Shown piece by piece: positions 19,201-27,900 of a DNA stretch of 40,656 nt. The notes under the pieces are model-generated. The model ran no database searches and had not been told where the DNA came from. It worked only from the letters and a program-made list of their open reading frames with translations. The translations under genes and the position numbers were made by a program. Position 1 is the stretch's first letter. Each line of letters starts with the position of its first letter. Origin of the DNA: a virus (Duplodnaviria; Caudoviricetes); the IMG/VR virus record IMGVR_UViG_3300037863_000166, positions 1 through 40,656 of that record, one strand, 5' to 3'.

Positions 19201-19437
19201 CTCAAGGGTGAGATCAACGATATCAGCTCGAGGATGCAGACCAACCGGCAGGTGACGCAGGCTCTCGACGGAGCGGTTGTTAAACTGAACCGCCAGTTCG
19301 GTGTTCTGACCGAAGATTCGAAGATGCGCGATCGGACACTCGCCCAGACTCGTATGCGCTTCGAGTCTCTTGGCCTCGAGGTGAACAAGAGCACTCAGAG
19401 TGTCGAGGGTATGATCCAAGCCCTCGAGGGTCTGTAG
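16258..19437 (+). CDS. tape measure protein, N-terminal part (ends at in-frame TAG)
   Basis: Coiled-coil N-terminus. TP901-type TMP core (LAQAGLSA...AGIRSGSTIGTGLR). Hydrophobic segments. Confidence 0.88.
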   Translation: MADEKNTVHTEYTATANMKSAAAELAEFSRKFNSELGTMQKMVDAVDASTMKAVRNYNKMVSSFKQAQNNLQGQGALPQMGGARSKSDIAGEMSTRVGEIDKYRRQVTRALAGTVLDIEAEIKRLQEVFDQLNNNKRKNAELINKTSREIKNLRERADVIKSGPGVSAELTAARSNRAKAQLKQAAADDRFSTKAANELAAAKMRLIAVEDLLNSKGLQKKNRTTALTQEQAKLKELIKSYEDISAVVQKYNQNFTKTLGKELSSKNRQTVSDAKQVLELEQRTALIQDQISKKKAGEIRLDAAAITSLQTELKFSQQLLDLHSKDADIMARAAVLRERMATKQLQIANQVMMAEAEAANREFDRIRAHTRAAQVMMRREADLENREVTRVSRVAQARRELVQAEKNSAQDFMRASAEAENQEISRVRRVATARANAQRAEAEAANREYDLVKRTADLRARRNDPGVAANNFLKNEEAKLKIEAQILRLKQTGTAEDRVQINLLDQELIRLRQEADQLSKIHGIEARISSERAKRTQDARGETKSRLQNIRQNPGELMGIQAELMGNYAAFGAIQGAAQNMVTYVIQGETALAKFQAIAAASNVETAVMAQTMEQLGTNSKYTNLEIIDTATLLAQAGLSARDAGPALKSVAELATAAGTELKQAADVVTSVSNIWGYSTSEMGNVADILTAALNKTKLGMDQMQLGIQYAGNVAVDAGVDFVELTAAMGALAQAGIRSGSTIGTGLRALLVDLQNPNEKAVATMERLGISMEDVNLRTLGLTQVLHNLKAAGFTSADAMGAFEIRAAASFAAISNNLGVLDSLQEDLYGTNAAAAASAIQMNTVSAKWTSFVNVAQSVAKDGFAPVIAAVKVFLDVGADLLKVLNQFPNVTAAVTTGLITLFGALAVTRLAMATVAIAGMITTFGGLGVAATGAAGAVTILGISFTAIPIIGWISGIAAVAAGIWAWTKSMGEAKDTADELKGEINDISSRMQTNRQVTQALDGAVVKLNRQFGVLTEDSKMRDRTLAQTRMRFESLGLEVNKSTQSVEGMIQALEGL

Positions 19438-22400
19438 GACTCTCTGAACCAGGAGTTTGGTGCGCAGCTTTTCGCTCTGGCAGCCAAGATGCGTCTCGAA
19501 GCGGATGAGCTCGAGAAACGTAACCTTGAGAGGGGTGGTGTGTCCGATACAGCCCGCGAAGCCGCCCGGGATGCTCTCAAAAATTACCGCAACGTCGCGG
19601 GCCCCGATGCCACAAGGGGTATGGGGGGTGCAGTTACACGAGCTGCAGACATCATCGAGAACCGTACGCCACTGACGGAAAGTATTAGAGGCCAGACGGT
19701 TCGGGATATCCAGTCTCTGACAACGGCTTCGGGTACGATCCAAGGTAGGATCGATAGGAGTACTGACCCTGATCAGAAGGCTCGAGACCAAGCTCGTCTA
19801 GGCCTAATCTCGAACCTCATTGTGGGCCTTGGTGAAGCTTTGGCTGCACTGAACCAGGTCGTGACCGCTCGTACCAATGCTTTGTCTGAGGCTGATAATG
19901 CTGCGTACCGCACCGCTATGGGCGATGAGACCACCTCGGCCTATAACTTCTCCCGTTCGGTACCTCTAAACATCCGCACGAAGTATGCTGCGCGTGTCCA
20001 GGGCGTGACTTCCTCAACCGCCTCCTCGGCCGAGAAGGTCCGCCAAGCGGACATCATTGAAGCAGACGCTCGGACCAGTGGTCTTGAGCTTCGCGAAAGG
20101 GCTCAGGTTGTAGCAAGAACCCTGCCCGCTGCGGTACGGGATACCTTCCTCGAAGAGATGACGACGCTGATCGACACAACGGTCAACGAAATGATCATCA
20201 CGAAGTTTGCCCTCATCCGTGAGAGAGCAGAGAATGAGGCCAAGACCAGCGACGCTCTGGCCAACACCACGGCTGACCGCGATGCCGGCCAGGCTGTCCG
20301 CTCGGATCTCGCAAACCTCGAACAGGAGCAAATCGAACTGGCGAGGGACCGTGCCCAGCAGGACCGGCTGAGTGCAAGGAACGAGGAAGAGTGGTTCCTC
20401 GCCGAGGGGCGCTACCGTGCTGCCATGACGGAGCTGCGCCGCCGTTCGGTAGAGCAGGCCGAGGCCAGCCTGCAGAACGAGAGCTACTACGACGAGGACT
20501 CAACACACATTCGTCCACACGATGGACCGACCACCTCTGTCAGAGGTATGCGTCCCCACCCCGTGACTGGTGTGAGGAGGATGCACGACGGTATCGACAT
20601 CGACGGTGAGTCGGGTGACAGCATTAGGGCTGCAGCTTCGGGGATTGCCCGGGTCAAGAGCGACCCACGCGGCTATGGCAACTACATCGAAGTCACCAAC
20701 GACGACGGCACCAAGTCGCTCTACGCCCACCTTCGTAAGGTCAACGTCGCCAACGAGGGCCGGGTCGAGCGTGGTCAGGTCATCGGCGAAATGGGCGGCG
20801 GGGCCAACGACCCTGGCCGAGGCAGCTCGACTGGCTCGCACCTCCACTACGAGGTTCGCAATGCTGACGGCGTCCTCATCAACCCCGAGGGCTACCGCGG
20901 CACCCCCGGCGGCGGCTCGCAGGGTCGTGCTGACTTCGATCGTCTGCGCCAGCTCAGGATCTCGAACGCTGCGGCCGAAGCCGACAACCAACAGATGGCC
21001 GACGACCGGGCGGCCACTGCGGTACTTCGGGACCTGAAGTTCAAGCCAGAGCGCACGCGTATGCTTGGAGAGACCAGAACGAATAACGCTCGGATCAAAG
21101 CTCTCATCGACGGCCTCAGGGATGGTGGAGACGAAACTGCCGTACTCGATACCGTGGTTTCTGAGGTGCGCGCCTTGGTCCAGCAGAACTTTATCAACGC
21201 GGCGAAGCTGATTGCGGATGACCCCAAGAACTCAGAGCGAGTTGGCACCGAAGGTTACGAAGACGAGATCGTCAGCGCCCAGATCCAGGTGATGCTGAAG
21301 GGCGCTGATGACCTCGACAAGGCCTACGAGTCCTATCGTGAGGTCCAGAACCGGATCACTGAGGAGAGCCTAGCTTTTGTGAACCGTGAGTTGGCGGTGG
21401 CTGGAGCCACGGCTGGCACCTCTGAAACGACAGTCTTCATGCTTGAGCAGCGCCAACAGCTTGAGGAGTATCTCGCAGCCCAGCGTGAGCTGCTGGCCAA
21501 CCAGGTCATCTATACCGACTCCGTGGTGGCGCTTGCCTTGGCCGAGCAGGAGCTGGCGAACGCAACCCTGGCTGTCGTGGCAGCACAGGATGAGGCTGCG
21601 CTTTCTCAGGCCCGCATCCGTTTGGCGACGGCCACCGAAGGGCTGGGCGCTGCTAAACAGTCGAAGAACGCAGCACAGGTCCAAATGGGGGTCTCGCAAC
21701 TAAACGTGAATGCGACGAAACCTCTCGTACCGCTGGCACCCGGCGCGGCCACCGCGACCGCCGCTGGCCGTGACTGGATGACTGACCCGAAGAGTGCGCT
21801 CGACGACGTCATCGCCAAGTTCAAGAACGCCTCAGGCATCATGGCCGGCATGAGCCAGACCATCAGCCAAGGGATCCAGGGGTCCTTCGATGCTCTGACC
21901 CAAGGGATCAACGACTCCATCATGCAGCTGGGGGATGGCACCCTGACGATTCAGGGCCTGTTCTCGAACTTGCTCGGGGGCATCCTGAAGGAGATGCAAC
22001 AGACCGCCGCCAAGATCGCGACCAACTGGATCATGCAGTGGATCGTGAGGACGGTCATGGGGTCTATGATGCCCAGCGCCCCCGGGTTCAACATGGACGC
22101 CCAAGGCATGTCCATGCTCAACCGCAAGCACGGTGGCATGACCCCGGGGACGCCCAAGCGGTTCGCCCTCGGCGGCGGGACGGGCCAAGCTGGTCGTGAT
22201 AGCGTCCACGGCCTGCTTGAGCCCGGTGAGATCACCATGCGTAAGAGCGCAGTGGACTTCATCGGCAAGGACAAGCTACTGGAAATGAACGCGCTGGGTA
22301 ACCGTCGCCTGTCCGAGGCTACCTCCAAGGTTCCGATGATGACTCCTCGCGAGCCGGATCAGGTGAACGTCTGGTTGGCAACCCCTGGTCAGGTGCCTCC

Positions 22401-22494
22401 CCCGAGCAAGAAGGACATCGTTCTGATGGTCGGAGAGAGCATGACAAACGGCGAGCTGAAGCGGCTGGTCAAGCAAGTGGCGGTGGGTGGCTGA
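19438..22494 (+). CDS. tape measure protein, C-terminal part with M23 peptidase (same frame as N-part)
   Basis: Frame stays open straight after the TAG. M23 motifs HDGID, YAHL, STGSHLHYEV. TMP C-terminal FALGG...DSVHGLLEPGE. First ATG at 19489 has no RBS. Confidence 0.8.
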   Translation, partial: DSLNQEFGAQLFALAAKMRLEADELEKRNLERGGVSDTAREAARDALKNYRNVAGPDATRGMGGAVTRAADIIENRTPLTESIRGQTVRDIQSLTTASGTIQGRIDRSTDPDQKARDQARLGLISNLIVGLGEALAALNQVVTARTNALSEADNAAYRTAMGDETTSAYNFSRSVPLNIRTKYAARVQGVTSSTASSAEKVRQADIIEADARTSGLELRERAQVVARTLPAAVRDTFLEEMTTLIDTTVNEMIITKFALIRERAENEAKTSDALANTTADRDAGQAVRSDLANLEQEQIELARDRAQQDRLSARNEEEWFLAEGRYRAAMTELRRRSVEQAEASLQNESYYDEDSTHIRPHDGPTTSVRGMRPHPVTGVRRMHDGIDIDGESGDSIRAAASGIARVKSDPRGYGNYIEVTNDDGTKSLYAHLRKVNVANEGRVERGQVIGEMGGGANDPGRGSSTGSHLHYEVRNADGVLINPEGYRGTPGGGSQGRADFDRLRQLRISNAAAEADNQQMADDRAATAVLRDLKFKPERTRMLGETRTNNARIKALIDGLRDGGDETAVLDTVVSEVRALVQQNFINAAKLIADDPKNSERVGTEGYEDEIVSAQIQVMLKGADDLDKAYESYREVQNRITEESLAFVNRELAVAGATAGTSETTVFMLEQRQQLEEYLAAQRELLANQVIYTDSVVALALAEQELANATLAVVAAQDEAALSQARIRLATATEGLGAAKQSKNAAQVQMGVSQLNVNATKPLVPLAPGAATATAAGRDWMTDPKSALDDVIAKFKNASGIMAGMSQTISQGIQGSFDALTQGINDSIMQLGDGTLTIQGLFSNLLGGILKEMQQTAAKIATNWIMQWIVRTVMGSMMPSAPGFNMDAQGMSMLNRKHGGMTPGTPKRFALGGGTGQAGRDSVHGLLEPGEITMRKSAVDFIGKDKLLEMNALGNRRLSEATSKVPMMTPREPDQVNVWLATPGQVPPPSKKDIVLMVGESMTNGELKRLVKQVAVGG

Positions 22495-22943
22495 TGCCGT
22501 ACAAGACCTTCGACTTCCCCGATCACTACACGACCCACAGCTGGCCGGCCGGCGACCAGGTGGTCTTCGGTCGTGGGTGGTCGCATGCTTCCGAGCCTGA
22601 CCGTCCGCTCCAGCGGATGCTGACTCTCAAGTTCTCGACCCTGCTCTACATCAAGAACCCCTTCACCGGGCTTTGGCTCAGGGCAGACCACACAAACGCG
22701 AACCCGGCCAATCAGGCGCGTCTCGACGCCCTGAAGAAGAGGTCGGTCTGGTGCATCGACGACTTCTACGACGAGCATCTGCTGCACGAGAAGTTCATCT
22801 ACAACCACTATGTCTTCGGCCCGATGGTCGTTCGTTTTGCACAGGCTTTCCAGATCCCGGCCCCGCTGGGCGGCAACCGGAATGTGAACGACATGATCCC
22901 GACCGAAGCCTTCGACATCCGTCTGATCGAGCAACCTGAATGA
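22494..22943 (+). CDS. distal tail protein (lambda gpM-like)
   Basis: Follows TMP. VVFGRGW and FYDEH...KFIY pattern. Confidence 0.65.
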   Translation: MPYKTFDFPDHYTTHSWPAGDQVVFGRGWSHASEPDRPLQRMLTLKFSTLLYIKNPFTGLWLRADHTNANPANQARLDALKKRSVWCIDDFYDEHLLHEKFIYNHYVFGPMVVRFAQAFQIPAPLGGNRNVNDMIPTEAFDIRLIEQPE

Positions 22944-23419
22944 ATGACCCAGTCGAACAGATCGAAGACGCTCTCAAGCTCACAGGCGACCGTGAGGTAA
23001 GCCTGTGGGAGATCACTCTGCGTGACGGGAGCAAAGCATTCCTGCGCAACGGTCCCAACTGCACCTGGCAGGGCAACGATTATGAGGGCCTGCCGATCAT
23101 GATGACCGGCGAGGAGGACACCGCGGACGATCAGAACGCCCGTCCCAGCCTGCGTGTCTTCAACCCCAAGAAAATCTTCGGGCCTTGGGCCCACGAGGGC
23201 CGGTTCGAGTTGGCCACGGTCATTCGACGCCGGGTGCTCCAGACGCACCTCCTGAACAATAGCAACATTTTCAAGAAACGGGTCTGGGTCATCGGCCAGA
23301 TCCAGAGTTGCACTAGCCGATCGCTGGATGTTCAGCTACGCTCGCCGATCGATACGCCCAACCTCAACACCCCGACGCGCGTCTACGCCCCACCCGACTT
23401 CCCGACAATTCGGTTCTGA
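22940..23419 (+). CDS. minor tail protein (gpL/DUF1833-like)
   Basis: WQGNDYEGLPI, RPSLRVFN, ATVIRRRV, PTRVY motifs. Confidence 0.75.
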   Translation: MNDPVEQIEDALKLTGDREVSLWEITLRDGSKAFLRNGPNCTWQGNDYEGLPIMMTGEEDTADDQNARPSLRVFNPKKIFGPWAHEGRFELATVIRRRVLQTHLLNNSNIFKKRVWVIGQIQSCTSRSLDVQLRSPIDTPNLNTPTRVYAPPDFPTIRF

Positions 23420-23928
23420 TGCTGAAATATGAACATCTCGAAGGCCGGCAGTTCAGCTGGACAGAGGCCCACTGCTACACGTTGGTCCGAGACTTCTACC
23501 GGGACAACTTCCAGATCGAGCTGAGTGACTATGCCTGTCCGCACGAGTGGTGGAACAGGGGGCTCGATCTCTACAGCCAGCTCTACTACCGCGAGGGCTT
23601 CAGATCTCTGGACTGTCACCCCCGGGACTACCTCCCGGGCGATCTGATCATGATGTCGTATGACTCCCCGGTGGCCAACCATCTAGGAGTTCTGCTGGAC
23701 AACGGTCGGATGCTCCATCACATGGTGGGCGGGCTCTCGAAGACTGACCCCTACTCTGGCGGGGGGTTCTGGAGATCCAGGACTGTTGGTGTCCTCCGGC
23801 ACCAGTCTGTCGCCTACAAACCCGTCGTCCAGAAGGTCGACATGTGGAGACTGTTGCCTGAAAATGTCCGACCCCCAATGGATCACCCCGAACTTGATTT
23901 CACAGCTACAGGGCCACCTGCCGGGTGA
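23419..23928 (+). CDS. NlpC/P60-family tail assembly protein (gpK C-domain-like)
   Basis: HCYTLVRDFY, PGDLIMM, NHLGVLLDNGRMLHH. Confidence 0.85.
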   Translation: MLKYEHLEGRQFSWTEAHCYTLVRDFYRDNFQIELSDYACPHEWWNRGLDLYSQLYYREGFRSLDCHPRDYLPGDLIMMSYDSPVANHLGVLLDNGRMLHHMVGGLSKTDPYSGGGFWRSRTVGVLRHQSVAYKPVVQKVDMWRLLPENVRPPMDHPELDFTATGPPAG

Positions 23929-24220
23929 GCAGGAGCGTGTGGGTTTCATACTGACTGGAGGCGAGATCGTCGAGGTCAGCAACGTCTGTCACGACCCGGC
24001 GAACGGCTTCGACGTCAGCGACCGCGACCTGGCCAAATACTGTGACGAATCCATCGGTACTTGGCACACCCACCCCGAGGGCACCAAGCTCCTGTCGGTT
24101 GGGGACTACGAGAGCTATGTTGCCAACGACGAGCTGATCCACTTCATCATCGCCCCGGATGGTGTGGCCATCTACAAGATTGACCAAGGCGTCGTTCTCA
24201 ACCACCCGGTGCCCGCATGA
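23864..24220 (+). CDS. JAB/MPN metallopeptidase (gpK N-domain-like)
   Basis: ERVGFI, EVSNV, WHTHP-x5-LSVGD JAMM motif. ATG at 23864. Confidence 0.85.
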   Translation: MSDPQWITPNLISQLQGHLPGEQERVGFILTGGEIVEVSNVCHDPANGFDVSDRDLAKYCDESIGTWHTHPEGTKLLSVGDYESYVANDELIHFIIAPDGVAIYKIDQGVVLNHPVPA

Positions 24221-24843
24221 AACGCCTGATCTCGATCCACCTCCACGGCTCGTTGAGGAAGATCCATGCTGAAACCATCAAGGTCTGGGCAGAGAGCGCC
24301 TTTGACGCAATCACGCTGGCGACCACCCAGCTGGCGGGCTTCAAGCCTACAGCGGCGGGCTATAAGAGGGTCCGTGTGGCGGGCTTCGATAAGATCGAAG
24401 ACTTCCATAACCCCATCACCGTCGACGAGCTCCACCTCTATCCGCAGCTGAACGGCGGCAAGAACGGTGGCTTCACACAGATCCTGATCGGAGCGACCCT
24501 GATCGCCGCGGCTTTTGTCCTCGCTCCACTTACGGCGGGTATGTCACTGGGGCTTGCATTTGGCGCGATGGCAGCAGGGGCTGGCACGTTGGGCACTATG
24601 GTGGTCACCAGTCTCTTCATGATCGGTGTATCCACCGCGATCGGTGGCTTGACCCAACTCATCATGCCTCAACCAAGTCTCGGCGGCAGCGACGCCAACC
24701 AGGAGGCGTCCAAGTATCTTGGAGTGCCCGGGTCGACGACCGCGATCGGCACGACGATCCGAGTGATCTATGGGTTCCGCCGGGTTGGCTTCCAGTTCCT
24801 CAGCTTCAACACCAACGCTCGGAACTACGCACCGGGGTCTTAA
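24217..24843 (+). CDS. tail assembly protein (lambda gpI-like, ubiquitin-like N-domain)
   Basis: IHLHGSL start, LHLYPQLNGGKNGG, hydrophobic segment, IRVIYGFRRVG. Confidence 0.85.
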   Translation: MKRLISIHLHGSLRKIHAETIKVWAESAFDAITLATTQLAGFKPTAAGYKRVRVAGFDKIEDFHNPITVDELHLYPQLNGGKNGGFTQILIGATLIAAAFVLAPLTAGMSLGLAFGAMAAGAGTLGTMVVTSLFMIGVSTAIGGLTQLIMPQPSLGGSDANQEASKYLGVPGSTTAIGTTIRVIYGFRRVGFQFLSFNTNARNYAPGS

Positions 24844-24900
24844 ACCTCGGTGCGTAATCTTCAGATTGATGCGTAACAATCGGGCGAGGGATAGACCCTG

Positions 24901-27900
24901 ATGGCTCTTTCCGACATCCCATTCCTGCGCGGCCTCAAGGGCGGGAATTACAAGAACACCCCTGATACGATCCGCAGTGAGGACACTGTTGAGGTCATCC
25001 TCGGCGCGGGCGAAGGTAACAATTTCGGCCTCGCCGAAGGTGCCAAGTCGATGCGCGTCGGCGGGACCACAATGGTCAGCGCCAGCGGTGAGCCGAACTT
25101 CACCGATTTCGAGCTGCGCGAATACACTGGGGTCGCCAACCCGAGCCCTGTGACACCCGTTCTGGGCGGCTTCGGCTCGCCCACCCAGGCCAATGCCTCG
25201 AGCCTGGCCCAGAACGTCCCGATCATCCGCACCGGTCAGCTGACCAACATCGACTACATAGACATGCGGTTCCTGATCCAGGCGCTGCTGCGGACGGACA
25301 AGAAAGGTACCTACGCCGACACCCTCCAGATCAGGATCGAGACCCGGCCCTCGCTGCCGGCCGACCAAACCTGGTCGCTCGCCTGGACGACCGTCCCTCC
25401 TGTCCCTCTGAACCCTGATGAAGACCGGGGTACGGGCCCCAATGGTGACCTGAACGTCACCCGAGGGGGTGGCACAGCAGACCAGAACGATCTGACGATG
25501 CTGGCCAGCGTGGTCACATTCGAGGGTGACAAGACCCTGCTGCGAAACGAGGTCTCACCCGGCCCGCCCATCGGCGGCGGTGTGACCAACATCTGGGTGA
25601 ACCCAGCCAACCAGAGGCCTTATACCTACGTCAACGGCAGTTGGACGCTGGTGCCCGCCACGGACAACGGCACTTTCTGGTCCTCCGGCACGACCCGCTA
25701 CTACAAGAACTCACCGTCGCCGCCGCCTAATCCGAACGTCGGCGACGTCTGGTCCCCTGTCGACCAACCTCCTCTGCGATACAACGGCTCGAGCTGGGTC
25801 CAGAGTCTGATCCAGTCGGTCGCCAACCGCGCCTACTCACAGCCCTTTCAGGCGGGGGCCGCCGGGGTCCTGTCTGTCACCCAGAAGATCAGCTCGCTGG
25901 TCGTCCGTGAGGTGCGCGTCCCGGTCGCGCGGATCGCTGTCCCCTACGACATCCGTGTCACCAAGACCAGCCGCGAGAGCAGCAACGTAGAGGGCGACAA
26001 CACCAACACCTCCGAGGTGGGCTGGGAGAGCTTCGAGGAGATCCTCGCCGAGGGTCGGACCTTCCCGAACACCCATATCCTGCAGCTCATCGCGCGGGCC
26101 AGTGACCAGTTCACCAGCCTGCCGGAGCTGGAAGGCGACATCAAGGGCCGCATCATCGCGGTCCCGAGCAACTACGACCCGATCACACGGACCTACGCGG
26201 GCGTCTGGGACGGTCTGTTCAAGAACGAGTGGACCGACAACGGGGCCTGGTGTACCCGCGACTTCATCAAGAACGAGCGTTACGGGCTGAGCAGCCTGTA
26301 TCCCTACGACGTCAACGAGGCGAACTTCTACGCCTGGGCTCAATGGTGCGACGAGCCAGTGCCGAACGGCAGCGGCGGATCGCGCCCGCGCTGGACCTAC
26401 AACGACGTCCTGGACCAGCCGCGCCCCGCCCGTGAACAGGTCAACTACATGGCCGGCTCCTGCGGTGGCCGACTGATCGACGACGGCGATGGCGTCTACG
26501 ACGTTCTGATCGACAAGCCCGAGCCGATCAGCATGATCTTTGGGCCCGAGAGCGTGATCGACGGCGACTTCGTCTACAGCTTCACCGACATCCAGACCCG
26601 CGCGAACTGGATCAAGTTCGGCTTCATCAACCCTCAGATGGAGTGGGGCACCGACTTCCGTGTGGTCAAGGACGATGACCACATCGCCGAGTTCGGCCGC
26701 ATCCCCTTCGAGTTCGTGGCTACCGGCAAGACCAACCTGTCGGAGGGCCTGGCCTCTGCGCGTCTGCGCCTGATCACCAACCTCACGGAATACACGGCCT
26801 GTACGTTCAAGACGAACCGGGTCGGGCGCTTCCTCTTCCCGTTCCAGACCATCGGCCTGTGCGATCCTGACATGGGTTGGGGTGTCTCAGGCCGTCTCGT
26901 CGAGGTGACCGGAGCCAAGCAGATCCGCCTGCGCGACGCGGTCTTCCTCGAGGCCGGCGTTCTCTACAAGATGAGCCTGAACCGGGCCACGTCACCGATC
27001 AGCACGGTGACTATGACGCTGGTCCCCGGCCAGACTGGCTCGCGCAAGGTCATCGATTTCGTCGAGAACCTGCCGGCCGACCTGCCCGAGTTCGCCCAGT
27101 TCAGCCTCGAGAGCTACAACGCCGCGACTTCGGAGCCAATCGCTCTGCCCAAGGCGTTCAAGATCCTGACCATCACCCCGTCTGACGGTGACAGCGAGGC
27201 GGTGGAGATTACCTGTCTCGAGCTGAACCGCTTCAAGCAGGCCTTCGTCGAGGGTAGTGGTGAACTCCTGCCGGCCGATGAGTTCTCGTCCTTCAACGGC
27301 CCGGTCGCAGAAGTCGCCAACGCCCGCATGTTCCCACACGTCACCCTCGTCGGTGGGATCACGAGCCGCAGCTTGATCATCGAATGGGACCGTCCGACCA
27401 ACCCGTTTGCCCGCAACACCCTGATCGAATACTCGCGCGATGGCGCGGAGTTCGTCGAGGTCGCCCGCAGCTCGACCGAGTTCTACGAGCTGCAGGACCT
27501 GGCCTCCGGCGTCCACGCAGTGCGCCTCGCCCACATCCACAACGATGGCATCCGCCAGTCGCGCAAGACCCTGCTGGTTCACGAGGTCACCTCTGACTAT
27601 CGGACTGTGCCGCCGGTCGCCAACCTGCGTCTGGTCGACGAGCCGGCCCCGCCTGAGTTCGAGAGCATCTCCCCGATGGTGCGCTGGGAACATGGTGAGC
27701 CCGACCCGAACTTCGCAGCCTACAAGGTCAAGGTCTCGAGACTGATTGGTGGCCAAGCCTTCAACCCAGCCACCGCAACCTGGTCCAAGCAGCTCGAAAA
27801 GACTGTGCCGATCCCGGAGTTCATCTTCGAGTTCGACGAGAACGCCGAGTTCGTGGGGATCGCGGGTGTCCCTCAGCGGGTCGTTCGTATCAGCGTGTCC

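Noticed and set aside
16258-22494. Genome-wide TAG reassignment (alternative genetic code)
   Set aside because: Only one gene is interrupted by TAG. Other long genes are intact, and TAG at 508 and 36790 behaves as a true stop (terminator or next RBS follows).
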